Part shown: one piece after another, positions 11,755-25,029 of the stretch | Layout of the letters: each line of letters opens with the position of its first letter | Numbering within the stretch: the first letter of the stretch is position 1 | Origin: Octopus bimaculoides | Lineage: Eukaryota | Direction of reading: 5' to 3' | Assembly: GCF_001194135.2 (NCBI RefSeq) | Contig: NC_069001.1 | Span: 26,042,931-26,106,930, forward strand | DNA: 64,000 nt | Translations under genes and position numbers: made by a program | Notes under the pieces: generated by a model | Seen by the model: the letters and a program-made list of their open reading frames with translations, nothing else | Database searches by the model: none | Told to the model about the DNA's origin: nothing

Positions 11755-12110
11755 TGCAGATCATCACCGTCGTCAACGACAGCCTCATCATCATCACCAT
11801 CATCCACACCATCATCATCATCCTCATCGTCATCGTAGTCGTAATCATCACCACCATTACCATCACCATCATCATCGGCAACACCACTTCTACCACCACT
11901 ATCATAATCAGCACACCTCCACCACCACCACCTCCACTACCACCACGACAACTGTCATAATCAGCATCACTATTCGCCACCACTATCATTATAAACATCA
12001 CCAACATCATCATCACCACCACCGCCACTAACAACAACAACACCATTAACACCAGCACCAGCACTGCGATCATCATCATCACCATCATCGTCTTCACCAA
12101 CATACGACAT
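11755..12110. repeat. (CAT/CAC/CAA) trinucleotide mosaic
   Basis: Directly visible; explains the His/Thr/Met-rich ORFs here. Confidence 0.9.
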
Positions 12111-12427
12111 CAAAATTGATAAATGCATACAGAGATTCTTACAAGGGCACAAACAAGAATATATGATTTAAAAGATTAAGTACATATTCGAAACTTCAAA
12201 ACACACCCAGAAATGAATACACAAAATACAAACACTCTTTTGCAGCGAATTCGTATAAAATACAGAAATAATTAAAACAGCCTGTTTTGTATTTTTACAG
12301 AGAGAAGACTTCTACGTTCGTAAAGTTGCTGCGCCAATCGATGTTTCGTAAAGTAAGTAACATACAGTATATAGATAGATATTGCCTAAGTGTTTAATAT
12401 ACATACACACACACACACACAATACGC

Positions 12428-12450
<23 letters not shown>

Positions 12451-12458
<8 letters not shown>

Positions 12459-12660
12459 CATATATGCATGGGTATATATATACACATACATATATGCATG
12501 GGTATATATATACACATACATATATGCATGGGTATATATATACATACATATATGCATGGGTATATATATATACATACATATATGCATGGGTATATATAAA
12601 TATATACATACATATATGCATGGGTATATATAAATACATACATTCATATATGTATGGGTA
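12451..12660. repeat. Minisatellite of about 30 bp (tacacatacatatatgcatgggtatatata), about 7 copies
   Basis: Three identical units at 12451, 12481 and 12511, followed by variants. Confidence 0.9.
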
Positions 12661-12691
12661 TACACACACATATATATTTATTTACACATAC

Positions 12692-12739
<48 letters not shown>

Positions 12740-13621
12740 TATATATTTATTGTAGTATCATATATAAATATTAAATTCAGGANNNNNNNNNNNNNNNNNN
12801 NNNNNNNNNNNNNNNNNNNNNNNNNNNNNNNNNNNNNNNNNNNNNNNNNNNNNNNNNNNNNNNNNNNNNNNNNNNNNNNNNNNNNNNNNNNNNNNNNNNN
12901 NNNNNNNNNNNNNNNNNNNNNNNNNNNNNNNNNNNNNNNNNNNNNNNNNNNNNNNNNNNNNNNNNNNNNNNNNNNNNNNNNNNNNNNNNNNNNNNNNNNN
13001 NNNNNNNNNNNNNNNNNNNNNNNNNNNNNNNNNNNNNNNNNNNNNNNNNNNNNNNNNNNNNNNNNNNNNNNNNNNNNNNNNNNNNNNNNNNNNNNNNNNN
13101 NNNNNNNNNNNNNNNNNNNNNNNNNNNNNNNNNNNNNNNNNNNNNNNNNNNNNNNNNNNNNNNNNNNNNNNNNNNNNNNNNNNNNNNNNNNNNNNNNNNN
13201 NNNNNNNATTATGTAAATATGTCATCACACATTTACATGAGGATTTGGAAGAAATATGGGAAGAATATTTTGTAATTGTTATATTCTACATTTTATTGTT
13301 CTAATCTGTCTTTGAAACTATATTTTCCAAATCTTGCTTCAAAATACATTTAAATATGTATTTAACACTTTTTCGTTGACATATGTTTCTGTAGATACAC
13401 ACACACACACATATATATGTGTGTGTGTACGTGTAATATATATATATATATATATATATAATGTATGTCTGTATGTATGTATGTATGTATGTATGTATGT
13501 ATTCTTGCAAATATATGTGTTTGTGTGTGGGAGGGTTGCCTGCCTTCCGCTGTTAACGATTGTTTTGTTAGCTCTGCTGTTTGTAGAATCATTTCTATAA
13601 AATCGTGTTCATAAATTGTAA

Positions 13622-14045
13622 CCTATAGGCACAGATGAGTCTGTGTGGGAAGAAGCTTGCTTCCCAATCATATCGTTCCGGGTTCAGCCCCACTTCGTGG
13701 AATCTTGTGCAAGTGACTTCTCCTTTAGTTTTGAGTGGATTTTGTAGACGGAAACTGAAAGAAGTCTGTCGTACATATATACGTATTTATGTGCATGCAT
13801 GGGGGTGTTTTGTGTGTGCTTGTTTTTGCACTCCCACTACCACCACCACCGCACTTCACAACGGGTTTTGCTCTGCATACGTCCCTGCAACATTGTAGTT
13901 CGGCAAAAAGAGACCGAAAGAATGAGTGACAGTCACTAAAATAAACAGGTGCTTGGGTCGATTCATTCCACTAAACGTTCTCGAAGATGGCACCCCAACA
14001 TGGCCGCAGTCTAACGCCTGAAACCCACAAAAGAGAATAGATAAA
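13622..14045 (+). mobile_element. SINE family B, full length
   Basis: Head gtctgtgtgggaagaagcttgcttcccaatcat..ccgggttcagcccc, gagtggattttgtagacggaaactgaaagaag, and tail ccccaacatggccgcagtctaacgcctgaaac. Confidence 0.9.
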
Positions 14046-15566
14046 AAAAAAAAACATTTTACTCTCTTTTTGCTTCGACGAATGAGTGTTGAATATCTAC
14101 AACTGCACAATATACTAAGATCGATAATTTTCTGCGTCATCTCGTATTGGAAATCTCACTTATCTGGGATTTAAATTTCTGTTGGATGCGTTGCAGCAGT
14201 GGTCGCCGTCATGTAAGGGTTTAATATACTTTGTTCTACGCTGAGCTCATTTCTCCTTCAAGGTATTGATCCTGGCTGCCTCAAAATCGAAAATGAATTG
14301 ATAGCAGGAGGATCTGCACTGAGGTTTCTTCAGTTGTGCTATTTTCTATGTTTACACATTCAGCTTGAAGGTTTTCAAGTAGGTTTTAGAATGTTTTAAT
14401 AACGGAACAGTGTGCGACTTTAGTGTCTGGCACCAGTATAATACTAACAGTAGATGTCATTGTTTTTTTCATATGTACCACATGGCCAACCCGCCTCTCT
14501 ACGACTAACGTGTCACGTCTTGTAAGAGGTTCTGTTGGAGACAGTGTTCATACACTTATTGTTGAACAATGAACAGAAGCAGCAAATATTGAATCATTGA
14601 TGCCATTAAATACGGCTCATATTGTGTCCATGTTCCAAAGCCAAACAGTAAATTAAATCCACAGCAAATACTGTTTCTTAATTCTTGGTGACAGATTAAT
14701 ATTATGATTTCAATCATATCAGTTAACTAGTTGATTGCTCTTATAACTATATCGATTTTCCATCACTAAGTCCTGCACAATTGATGATTCAAACTTTGAC
14801 AAGCTAGTAGTAAACGGTGGGTCTTTTGTCCATCAGTCTTCTTTGTCCTATGTGCGCGCCTGTAACAAAGAAAGACCTGTAAGTCCATTGTACGATAGGT
14901 GTCGTATAAGCGGGAGCCGTCTCAAATATATATTATTAAGCAAGAAGTGGTTTTACTCATGTAGCAAATGACAGCCACTGTTATGTATCTCTCCAAAAAT
15001 ATGTTTAATTAAATATATGGACTTATTCTATTCTTTTACTAAGTTTCCCTACGTAGAATACGATTGAATCTCTTTCTCTAACAAACCTCCACCTCACAGG
15101 AATTCAGAAACGTAAAGTACTTCAAAACTTCTAAATATATTAACCCTTCTGCATATGTTCATGCTTTAATTTGATGATACTAAATCAATTATAAATTTAG
15201 TGCATTGTGTTATACGATCCCTTCATATGACAAGAAAACTCCACAATTTCTAGTTCATTATTTTACGCGTGTAGAAAAAAGAAACTAGGCGCTGGAATTG
15301 TCATGTATACTAATACGCTTGTATATTATTGCTGTGAAATCTGTAGATCACGAAATGGTATGTGTAAACTACCATTAGTTTTTTTTTCCATTTTTCATTA
15401 TATACTTTCTATATAGCCTATTTCAAACAAATATATTTTGGTCTTTAGAGGTTATATAAAAATAATGATGAAGAGCTTAATCTTAAACTTACCTTCCATA
15501 CATTTTAATGGTCTGCTTGATGATCGTCTTTGAAAGTGCCATTTAGAATGCATATATACATGTGTC

Positions 15567-15606
<40 letters not shown>

Positions 15607-15836
15607 NNNNNNNNNNNNNNNNNNNNNNNNNNNNNNNNNNNNNNNNNNNNNNNNNNNNNNNNNNNNNNNNNNNNNNNNNNNNNNNNNNNNNNNNNNNNNN
15701 NNNNNNNNNNNNNNNNNNNNNNNNNNNNNNNNNNNNNNNNNNNNNNNNNNNNNNNNNNNNNNNNNNNNNNNNNNNNNNNNNNNNNNNNNNNNNNNNNNNN
15801 NNNNNNNNNNNNNNNNNNNNNNNNNNNNNNNNNNNN

Positions 15837-15890
<54 letters not shown>

Positions 15891-16143
15891 TGTGTATATA
15901 TATGGCACATTTTAGGCTACCAGTTGTTGTCCGTAGTCGTGGTAACCTTCCGTTGGAGCTACTTCAGGAACTCCAAAGTGTCACTTAGGTAATTGCGTTA
16001 AGTAAGAAGATGGATCTAGTATTAAACTTTGTTTTGTACATGTTGAACGTAGTTCCACAGATAGAGGACAGTAGCAGGGCTGATCGAAGCGAACGTTTTA
16101 TAGAATAAAGTTTAATACCGAATCTATCATCTCCTTACTTAAT

Positions 16144-16180
<37 letters not shown>

Positions 16181-16483
16181 ATGAGTTGATAGGAATAAAT
16201 TAACAACGCGGCTAACATAAGAACACTCAATTATAAATCGGTTTCTGGCTTAACAACATAGATTTACGAATTGACCTCAGAAATAACTTCTTCCCGTCTC
16301 ATACACTTAATTTAATCTGATTTCACTGCCAGTAGTTGTACGCAATATCGGACGATCACAAACTAACAGTCACAAACTGATACTCGGGGAGGGTCAAGAA
16401 AAAACAGCATGTCCTACTTAAAAAACTGTACGTCGGGCAAATTATATATACAGATGTACTAATATCAAAATTCATAATGGTTG

Positions 16484-16525
<42 letters not shown>

Positions 16526-16532
16526 TGTCCAA

Positions 16533-16733
16533 CTCTAAGCACAAGGCCTGAACTTTGGGGGGGGGGGGCAGCCGATTAGATCCATCCCAGTACACAACTG
16601 GTAATTAATTTACCGACCCCGAAAGGAGGAACGACAAAGTCGAACTCGGCGGAGTTTAAGCTAAGTACGTAAAGAGAGAGGAAATATCTCTAAGCATTTC
16701 GCACAGCGTGATAGCGCTTCTGCCAGCTCGCCT
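16533..16733 (-). mobile_element. SINE family A, full length, flanked by (TA)n
   Basis: Reverse complement runs from aaggcgagctggcagaagcgct through the body to the ggccttgtgcttagag tail. Confidence 0.9.
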
Positions 16734-17782
16734 TATATATATATGTATAAGAATCTTACAAGCTTATCTTGAAACCAGTGTCTGTTCAGGCACTGATTTT
16801 CTGTATAGTATAACGTTGGCGGAGGAGTGAGCCGCTGCTATCTCTAGTGGTAATGTATTCCATTACCAATGAGACCAAGGAATGTCGAATCACGTGATAA
16901 GGTCGACTCGGCGGTAGAGTTGAGGGGGATTTATCTCCTCGCTAGCGATATAAACAAGCGTGCATTTCTGTCATGGTATCACTCGTAGAAAGTTTACAGA
17001 ACATCCATATTCAAGTGGGGATAGATAGATATACAGGATATATGAATATGCATATTTTTACTTATAGAGATATTTATGCGTTGATATGGGGGGTAAGTAA
17101 TAGAATTATGTTCCCCACTCACATTCCGAAAACAAGTCACACAAGAGAAATTATTATTACGAACAACACAACTGAAACTAAGTAGCATGTTTATTACAAG
17201 GGACAACCAATTTTCAGTCTAAACTTCCATCAACTGAGCTATTTTGAGAATCTGCAAATGGCTTCAAAACTTTACTAATGTATATTTATTTTCATTAAAA
17301 TTAAATCTTATAATACTGTGTAGTAAACGGAATGCGTTAAGTAGTTGTTGCAGAAAAAAATCGCATAAGTAATTAAAATGAAATTCAAATAAATTTGTTG
17401 TTTTAGTTTAATTTTGCAGCGTTTTTTCATATGTTTACATATATATTACATTTGCTCATAAAGTATCTATTTACATAAATGATAAACATAACTATAGCAG
17501 ATTTGGTAAACATTATAACTAACACGATATATTGTTACTATCCAGTATGTCACTTTCTGGAAAACGCACACAGTAAAAGAGTTATCGCACGGCGTGCAAA
17601 TAATAGCAGTTAACGTCTTGCAAAAACAAAAAATAATAATAAAGCATCCATAAACGCTATAGAGAATGATGTAATGACTGATATAGAATGGTTTAAATTA
17701 TCTCATCTGGAACAGCTTCTTTGATAGTTACTCAACTGAGAGTTATTTCTGACCACAAATATGTTACCAGCTAGGTGTCATA

Positions 17783-18593
17783 CAGGTTGAGGTGAATAAA
17801 TTGGTGTCTAAATTACGCAAAAATGAAAATAACACCAACATCTAATATTAACATATATATTTACCAAAATTACATAAGGATATTTTGAAATGCTGAAAAG
17901 TACATTTATTCAATAAAATTGCCATTGGCTTCAACCACGGACTCAGGATAATTTCTGAATCTCCGGCAATTCTTCTGGAATTTGGTAAATATTGCCATTA
18001 TCCTTGCCTTCAGTTCATCTTTGGTGCAACAAGGAATTTTGTTGGGGGTCTCACTCAACTGTCCCCCACACATGATAATCAATGGCTTTGCAGTCTGGGG
18101 AGTTAGTTCACCAAATTTTGGAGGTAATGTGGTCGCAGAAATTGCCTGACAGCCATGATTGGGTCCGCTTGCTTGTGTGGCATAATGTAGAGTCATTTTG
18201 CCTGAAATAGGGTCTTCCAGCAGCAACTCTCTTGACTCCGTGTTGAGACTGAGGTCGTGTGAGAAAATAATGTCGCCATCGTTAGTGATCACTCTAAACA
18301 CCATAATGTTGACTGGATGTTTTATTTTTACCACTCTCGGTACATGTCTTCAGATTGCACTCTCCTCAGATTGACGCCCAAACACCCTGACATGTTCGTA
18401 TTGGAGCTTTCGGCGCGAACGTCAAGCAGTACAGCATGTCGTTTCCAAATTTCTGGCAGAGTGAACTGAATCATGGTGCTGTTTTTCTCACAGACGGTAT
18501 CAAACTGACCCTACTACACGTTGTAGTCGGCAAAATCAAAAATAATGAGCATGCGCGAAATTAAAAATAAGAAATGGCAGAAATTTCCCATCG

Positions 18594-18594
<1 letters not shown>
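17783..18594 (-). mobile_element. Tc1/mariner-superfamily DD37D (maT)-like transposon relic
   Basis: ORF 17906-18334 has KIKHPVNIMVFRVITNDGDI..CTKDELKARI..CRRFR..VVEANGNFIE, the maT-like C-terminus. A TA|CAGGTTGAGG terminus lies at 17781; the other end is lost in (TA)n. Confidence 0.85.
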
Positions 18595-18662
<68 letters not shown>

Positions 18663-18879
18663 GAAGTTCTTGTTCTCTCAAATGTTCGATTTTTCATTAT
18701 CCTATGTACTCGACTAATGCTTTTTCCTGGAGATATGCATATCGATTTCTAGCACCAGGTTAGTAGTATCCATATGCCTATACCAAATATGTTTATACAT
18801 CTATCTGTCTATCTGTCTGTCTATCGACCCATGTATTTATCTATCTATCTGTAATCTCTCTCGATATATATATATATGT

Positions 18880-19075
18880 GTGTTTGTGTTCATTCACCAC
18901 CAATCGCTTGAGAATCAATATTGGATTGCTTACCTTCTCGTACCATAGCGGTTCAGCAAGAGAAACCAATAGAAAAACTAGCAAACTATAAATAGATATG
19001 TACTGGAGAAAGATCTGGCCCACTAAAACCGTTCAAAGTGATGCCCCAGCATGGACGCATTCCAATACGTGAGTT
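18880..19075 (+). mobile_element. SINE family B, 3' half
   Basis: atcgcttgaga..atagcggttcagcaagagaaaccaatagaa..gtgatgccccagcatggacgca. Confidence 0.8.
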
Positions 19076-19325
19076 TCGCAAGCATTTAAATCAATTATTT
19101 AGAAACATATGCAGCCACCTCAGAATCACCAGCAAATACCAACAATCAACTCAATTTTCTCTTTAGTAATGTCAGTTATTCTCACGATATCCTTAACAAC
19201 TTGTCCAGCTTTCACCACTCTCATATAGGGATATGTTTATATAGAACATAACTATCAAGAAATAAACCCCGACTATTTTTTTTTCCTTTTTGTAAATAGA
19301 TAACTCAATTCACATAAAAGAATAT

Positions 19326-19363
<38 letters not shown>

Positions 19364-19889
19364 ATATTTTTAATATGAGAGAAGCAAATATCAACTACAG
19401 AAACAAGCAAAACAACAATAATATGTATAAAATATATCAGACGAAAACAGCAGTCACAATTCTGTTATAAGTTGCATGCTCTAGTAGACAACTATGGTGT
19501 GTGTATCTTGCTGTTCGTTTTGTCCGTCGGGTATCTCTTATATTGATTTATTGATTGAAGACATCATTGTGGCAAGGTATTTATTTTTTTATTCTGCTTC
19601 TATAGAAAAGTCTCTGCAGAGTATCAAATCTAATACATCTTGTACTTGCAAATAAACATAAGAGATAGAGTGAATAATGATTCATACGACGAACCAATAC
19701 TAGAGCTTGCTTAGTTTAGCTTAGCTTAGCTTAGCTAGCGTGCTGGCTTTCAAAAATCAGTCCACCATCACCACCTTTTAGAAAAGAGAGTGAAGATAGA
19801 AAAACATATGCGGCCGTCATTGATATTCAGCATATGTGCGTGTGTGAGTATGTATGCATGGGGCATCTGTATATGGCTCTATGCACCCC

Positions 19890-19894
19890 GCTGC

Positions 19895-19942
<48 letters not shown>

Positions 19943-20243
19943 TATATAAAGTCAAATGTATATGCGTATATATCTACAAAACTGTTTGTGTGATTTTATT
20001 CACATATATGCATATATACGTGTGTATATATATATACATATATATATGTATATGCACACATATATATATACACACACATATATATATATGCATATACACA
20101 TATATGTGTATATATATATGCATACACACACATATATATATATGCATATACACATATATACATATACACATATATGTGTATATATATATGCATATGCACA
20201 CATATATATACATATATATGTATATATATATATATATATGTAT

Positions 20244-20280
<37 letters not shown>
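19890..20280. repeat. Compound (CA)/(TA)/(TG) microsatellite
   Basis: Directly visible. Confidence 0.95.
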
Positions 20281-20284
<4 letters not shown>

Positions 20285-20899
20285 TGACGGTATTGTTTAC
20301 TAATACAACCAAATATTTCTTCAAAATTTGAATGTATGTGTACGGGCATTTATATATGTGTATTTGCATAAGTGGCACAGTGACAGACCATGGTAGTTTA
20401 TGTTTTGCCAATACCACGTAGTTGTATTTCTTCTCATATAAGTTTTAAATATATGAATGATTATGTGCGTGTGACTGAATGCAAAAGTGTATCTGTCCTT
20501 TCAGTTGTGTTAAATGGAGAATTAGATTTGAGTTTCAGTCGCTAGCTGCTTATATAACGAGTGCCGATCAAAATCATGCTTCAACTCAATCTGATAGAAA
20601 TAGCTGCCTAAATCCCTTATATCCCGTTCTAGCTGTTATTCATGGCTAGTGTTTCTTTACTGAGTCATTTGTTACGAGAAAATTAGAGGCTAATGAATTG
20701 CATTCATGACGATGCTACACACGGAAGATAAATATTCCTGATATTTTTTTATAATGATCTTTGGTGAAAAAAAAAATGGAAATTATGACTCAATTCACAA
20801 CACGCTATATTCAAGGAATCTTAGACGCATTGAAACCTTCTTTAAAAAAAAACACTAATCACAAAACAATAACATGATGGGCACTGATTTGTGTATCGT

Positions 20900-21055
20900 A
20901 GGTGAAACTGTGTGGGAACTAGCTTGCGTACCAACCACAATTTTCCGGGTTCAGTCCAACTGCGTGTCACCTTAAGCAAGTGACTTCTCCTATAGCCTCG
21001 GGTCAACCAAACCTTGCGAGGGGATTTGGTAAACAGAACCTGAAAGAAGCTCGTC

Positions 21056-21129
<74 letters not shown>

Positions 21130-21325
21130 GTGTGTGTGTGTGTTTGTCCTCCCACCATCGTTTCACAACCGATGTTGGTCTGTTTACGTCTCCGTAACAT
21201 AGCGGTTCGGCAAAGGAAACCGATAGAATAAATACTAGCCTTACAAAGAATAAGTCCTGGGTTCGACTTCTCCGACTAATGGTGGTACTCCAGCATAGCC
21301 GCTGTCAAATGACTGAGACAAAATA
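20900..21325 (+). mobile_element. SINE family B, full length, with expanded internal (TA)n
   Basis: Head ccgggttcagtccaactgcgtgtcaccttaagcaagtgacttctcctatagcctcggg and tail ggtggtactccagcatagccgctgtcaaatgactgagac. Confidence 0.9.
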
Positions 21326-21509
21326 ATATATGTTTATGTGCGTAAGGTTCTCATAGCTGACATCATTAAGGGATCGATTTAAATTTAGTTGTATATTTCA
21401 GTATTGATTGTTATTCAGCTTCAGCAGAAATAGCTCCCCACCCCACAAAGAAATATATATCACAGTCCATCGGAATTTGATTGTTCATGTCGATGCAGTA
21501 TATTGTTTT

Positions 21510-22100
21510 GTTGTTTTATTCTATAACATATCTTAGTACTTTGACTACTGCCATGCTGGTGCACTGACGTAGAAATGTTTTAGTCGAAGCAATCGACCTC
21601 AGGATGGATTTCGTCTTTCTAAGCCTAGTTCTTATTCCATAAATTTTTTTGCTGATCCGCTACCTTACGGCGTCATAAACACACCAACATCGGTTGCCAA
21701 GCGATGGTGGGGGAACAAAACACATACACACTCGCATGATATATNNNNNNNNNNNNNNNNNNNNNNNNNNNNNNNNNNNNNNNNNNNNNNNNNNNNNNNN
21801 NNNNNNNNNNNNNNNNNNNNNNNNNNNNNNNNNNNNNNNNNNNNNNNNNNNNNNNNNNNNNNNNNNNNNNNNNNNNNNNNNNNNNNNNNNNNNNNNNNNN
21901 NNNNNNNNNNNNNNNNNNNNNNNNNNNNNNNNNNNNNNNNNNNNNNNNNNNNNNNNNNNNNNNNNNNNNNNNNNNNNNNNNNNNNNNNNNNNNNNNNNNN
22001 NNNNNNNNNNNNNNNNNNNNNNNNNNNNNNNNNNNNNNNNNNNNNNNNNNNNNNNNNNNNNNNNNNNNNNNNNNNNNNNNNNNNNNNNNNNNNNNNNNNN

Positions 22101-22142
<42 letters not shown>

Positions 22143-22295
22143 CACACACACATACACAGCAGGCTGCTTTCAGTCTCCGTCTAGCAAATCCACTCGCAAT
22201 GCGTTGGTCGGACCGAATCTATAGCAGAACGTACTAGCCCAAATCCGGAACCATGCGGTTTGGAAGTAAACTTCTACCCACACACCCACACGCAC
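21510..22295 (-). mobile_element. SINE family B with an assembly gap at its internal microsatellite
   Basis: The 3' half (21510-21745) and 5' half (22140-22295) are colinear across the N-gap. Confidence 0.85.
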
Positions 22296-23654
22296 ACCTA
22301 TATCTACATAGGCCTTAAATGACGTAACGTTTTAGAGGCTAGCGTGCGAAGTCAGTGAGATTTATGCAGTAGGGCAAACGAGCGCATACAACTTTCTTTC
22401 TTGGATTTGATAACAGGTCTGCTCAATCGAGGCTGAAGTTAAACTAAATCACAAACAATAATAACCACAACGCAAATACATTATCTCCAATGTTATAATA
22501 TAGAAATCAACGTGTTCTCTATGATGTACGGTCAACCTGTCTCAGAAAAACGTGATGTTTGTATCGATTGATACGTACCAGTCAGCATCTAAATAACTGG
22601 ATGTCTACGCATAAATAATTTTATGTTGAAATCATGCGAATATATCCTGCAGGTTTTCATTGATATGAGAGTATTCTATCGTCTTCAGTCCATAACTAAG
22701 TGACTCCGGATTTATTAAATGATTTAGGATTTTTTTTTTCAAACACCATTAAGGATGTTTTGATATCTTATATTTACTTCAGATGTGCGTGTTGTTCCAT
22801 ATTGTTAAGTGCTCCACGATTTCAGAATACAATAATTCAAATGATGAGTCCATTTTGCATTGTTATTACAACACACACGCACACACAGACGTGCATACAT
22901 GAATACACACACACACGGACTCACACACGCATTCAAACGTACCAATACAGATAGAGTGAGGTACTCACAAACATACACGTATGTATATGCTATATATATA
23001 TATATATATATATATNNNNNNNNNNNNNNNNNNNNNNNNNNNNNNNNNNNNNNNNNNNNNNNNNNNNNNNNNNNNNNNNNNNNNNNNNNNNNNNNNNNNN
23101 NNNNNNNNNNNNNNNNNNNNNNNNNNNNNNNNNNNNNNNNNNNNNNNNNNNNNNNNNNNNNNNNNNNNNNNNNNNNNNNNNNNNNNNNNNNNNNNNNNNN
23201 NNNNNNNNNNNNNNNNNNNNNNNNNNNNNNNNNNNNNNNNNNNNNNNNNNNNNNNNNNNNNNNNNNNNNNNNNNNNNNNNNNNNNNNNNNNNNNNNNNNN
23301 NNNNNNNNNNNNNNNNNNNNNNNNNNNNNNNNNNNNNNNNNNNNNNNNNNNNNNNNNNNNNNNNNNNNNNNNNNNNNNNNNNNNNNNNNNNNNNNNNNNN
23401 NNNNNNNNNNNNNNNNNNNNNNNNNNNNNNNNNNNNNNNNNNNNNNNNNNNNNNNNNNNNNNNNNNNNNNNNNNNNNNNNNNNNNNNNNNNNNNNNNNNN
23501 NNNNNNNNNNNNNNNNNNNNNNNNNNNNNNNNNNNNNNNNNNNNNNNNNNNNNNNNNNNNNNNNNNNNNNNNNNNNNNNNNNNNNNNNNNNNNNNNNNNN
23601 NNNNNNNNNNNNNNNNNNNNNNNNNNNNNNNTATATATATATATATATATATAT

Positions 23655-24328
23655 GATTAATAAATTCAAAAAGGGATAAAATTCTTTTACAAGAATTTTA
23701 TCAAGAAGGCAGTGTGTAAAAAAAATTCATAAGGGAAATTTCTATTCCGAAGAATATAATTATTCGTTTACGTTTATGTAATGGGCATTACTACAGAAAA
23801 ATAATTCCACACACTGGACTTCTCAAAATAACCACATTTAGTACCGAATGCGAAGAAAAACAACCAACAGAAGACGACCAACTTTCTTTTAAATAACTCA
23901 ACTATGTATCGACCGATTTCACGATTACTAGAATGAATCTAGATTTCGCTCATCAGCATAGTATTGTTTCAAAAATATGTATAAATAAACAGAATTCTCA
24001 CCTTACCAAAAACGAACACACTACGCATCCAAGAGAGTAAAGGGAATGACGTTTATCTGTATATATCTCCATCATAGAAGCGGGAATACATCCGGGTTGC
24101 TTTTGGGTACACGTGTGGAGACAGGAATAAAAATTCAGCATTGAATATATTCCGTGTATATATTTGATTAATAAATTCAAAAAGGGATAAAACTCTTTTA
24201 CAAGAATTTTATCAAGAAGCCAGTATGTAAAAAAATTCATAAGGGAAATTTCTATTTCCAAGAATATAATTATTCGTTTACATTTATATAATGGGCGTTA
24301 CTACAGAAAAATAATGCCACACACTGGA
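23655..24328 (-). mobile_element. Short non-coding partial-tandem element (511-bp period, 164-bp terminal redundancy) carrying a minimal hammerhead motif; candidate retrozyme-like or non-autonomous PLE
   Basis: 23655-23818 repeats 24166-24328 with about 10 differences. HHR motif on the minus strand at 23924-23968. (TA)n-rich sequence on both sides. Confidence 0.65.
23924..23968 (-). ncRNA. Candidate minimal type I hammerhead ribozyme lacking a real stem II
   Basis: 5'-AACAAUACUAUG CUGAUGA GC GAAA UCUAGA UU CAU UCU AGUAAU-3'. Both core halves are intact, stem III is the palindrome AUCUAGAU, the triplet is AUU, and stem I is AUG/CAU plus UACU/AGUA around a 3-nt bulge. Confidence 0.6.
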
Positions 24329-24350
24329 TATATCTATAGCTATCTATCTA

Positions 24351-24389
<39 letters not shown>

Positions 24390-24968
24390 CAAATGACTGT
24401 CTACTCCAACCCATTCTAGAATATATACATATATATATATACAGGGATCAGTTAATCGATTATGGTGAAAACTATGCATCAAGCATAAACAAGACTTGTA
24501 TAGAAAACCCAAATGAATTCGTAATTGATTAACAAAGTTTGTTAATCAATGCATCAAATACAATTCGTCCCATAACTGTATTAGACAGAAACATCCGATA
24601 AAGTGACAGATACTGTGCAATCTACACAATTCCTCTTTTCAAATCAACAAATGCTGCTTATTATGTCATAATCAAGTCTCTGCATGAAAAGACTGGATGG
24701 AATAGACAAGCACTACTGCTGTTTCAAAATGAATTAGGAAGCAATTATATAATATTACGAATGTTTCGTAACTATCCAATATCTTTTCTCATCGTGTGCA
24801 TTTGGCACAATAATTTCCAAGAGAATAGCTGTATTCAACCGATGAAAAAGAACATGGGCTAGTCATGATACATTCGTAATTTTAAATAATACACATTCAG
24901 GCTCCCTTTTGAACTGCCTGTGGTGCTTGCCAACTTCTTTTCCTTCCATCTGCAGTCTTGCTAATACG

Positions 24969-25029
<61 letters not shown>

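Noticed and set aside
15916-15988. Possible plus-strand exon (ttttag|...|gtaatt) with one open frame
   Set aside because: The splice signals are weak and the peptide is unrecognisable; it cannot be supported without RNA data.
19710-19736. (TTAGC)n resembling a telomeric repeat
   Set aside because: Only about 5 units, and not the TTAGGG repeat expected for molluscs.
22635-22695. Minus-strand CTGAAGA...GAAA with a cctgcagg palindrome (similar weak cases at ~25105, ~25381, ~38740)
   Set aside because: Stems I and II do not pair convincingly or the core is incomplete; compatible with chance.
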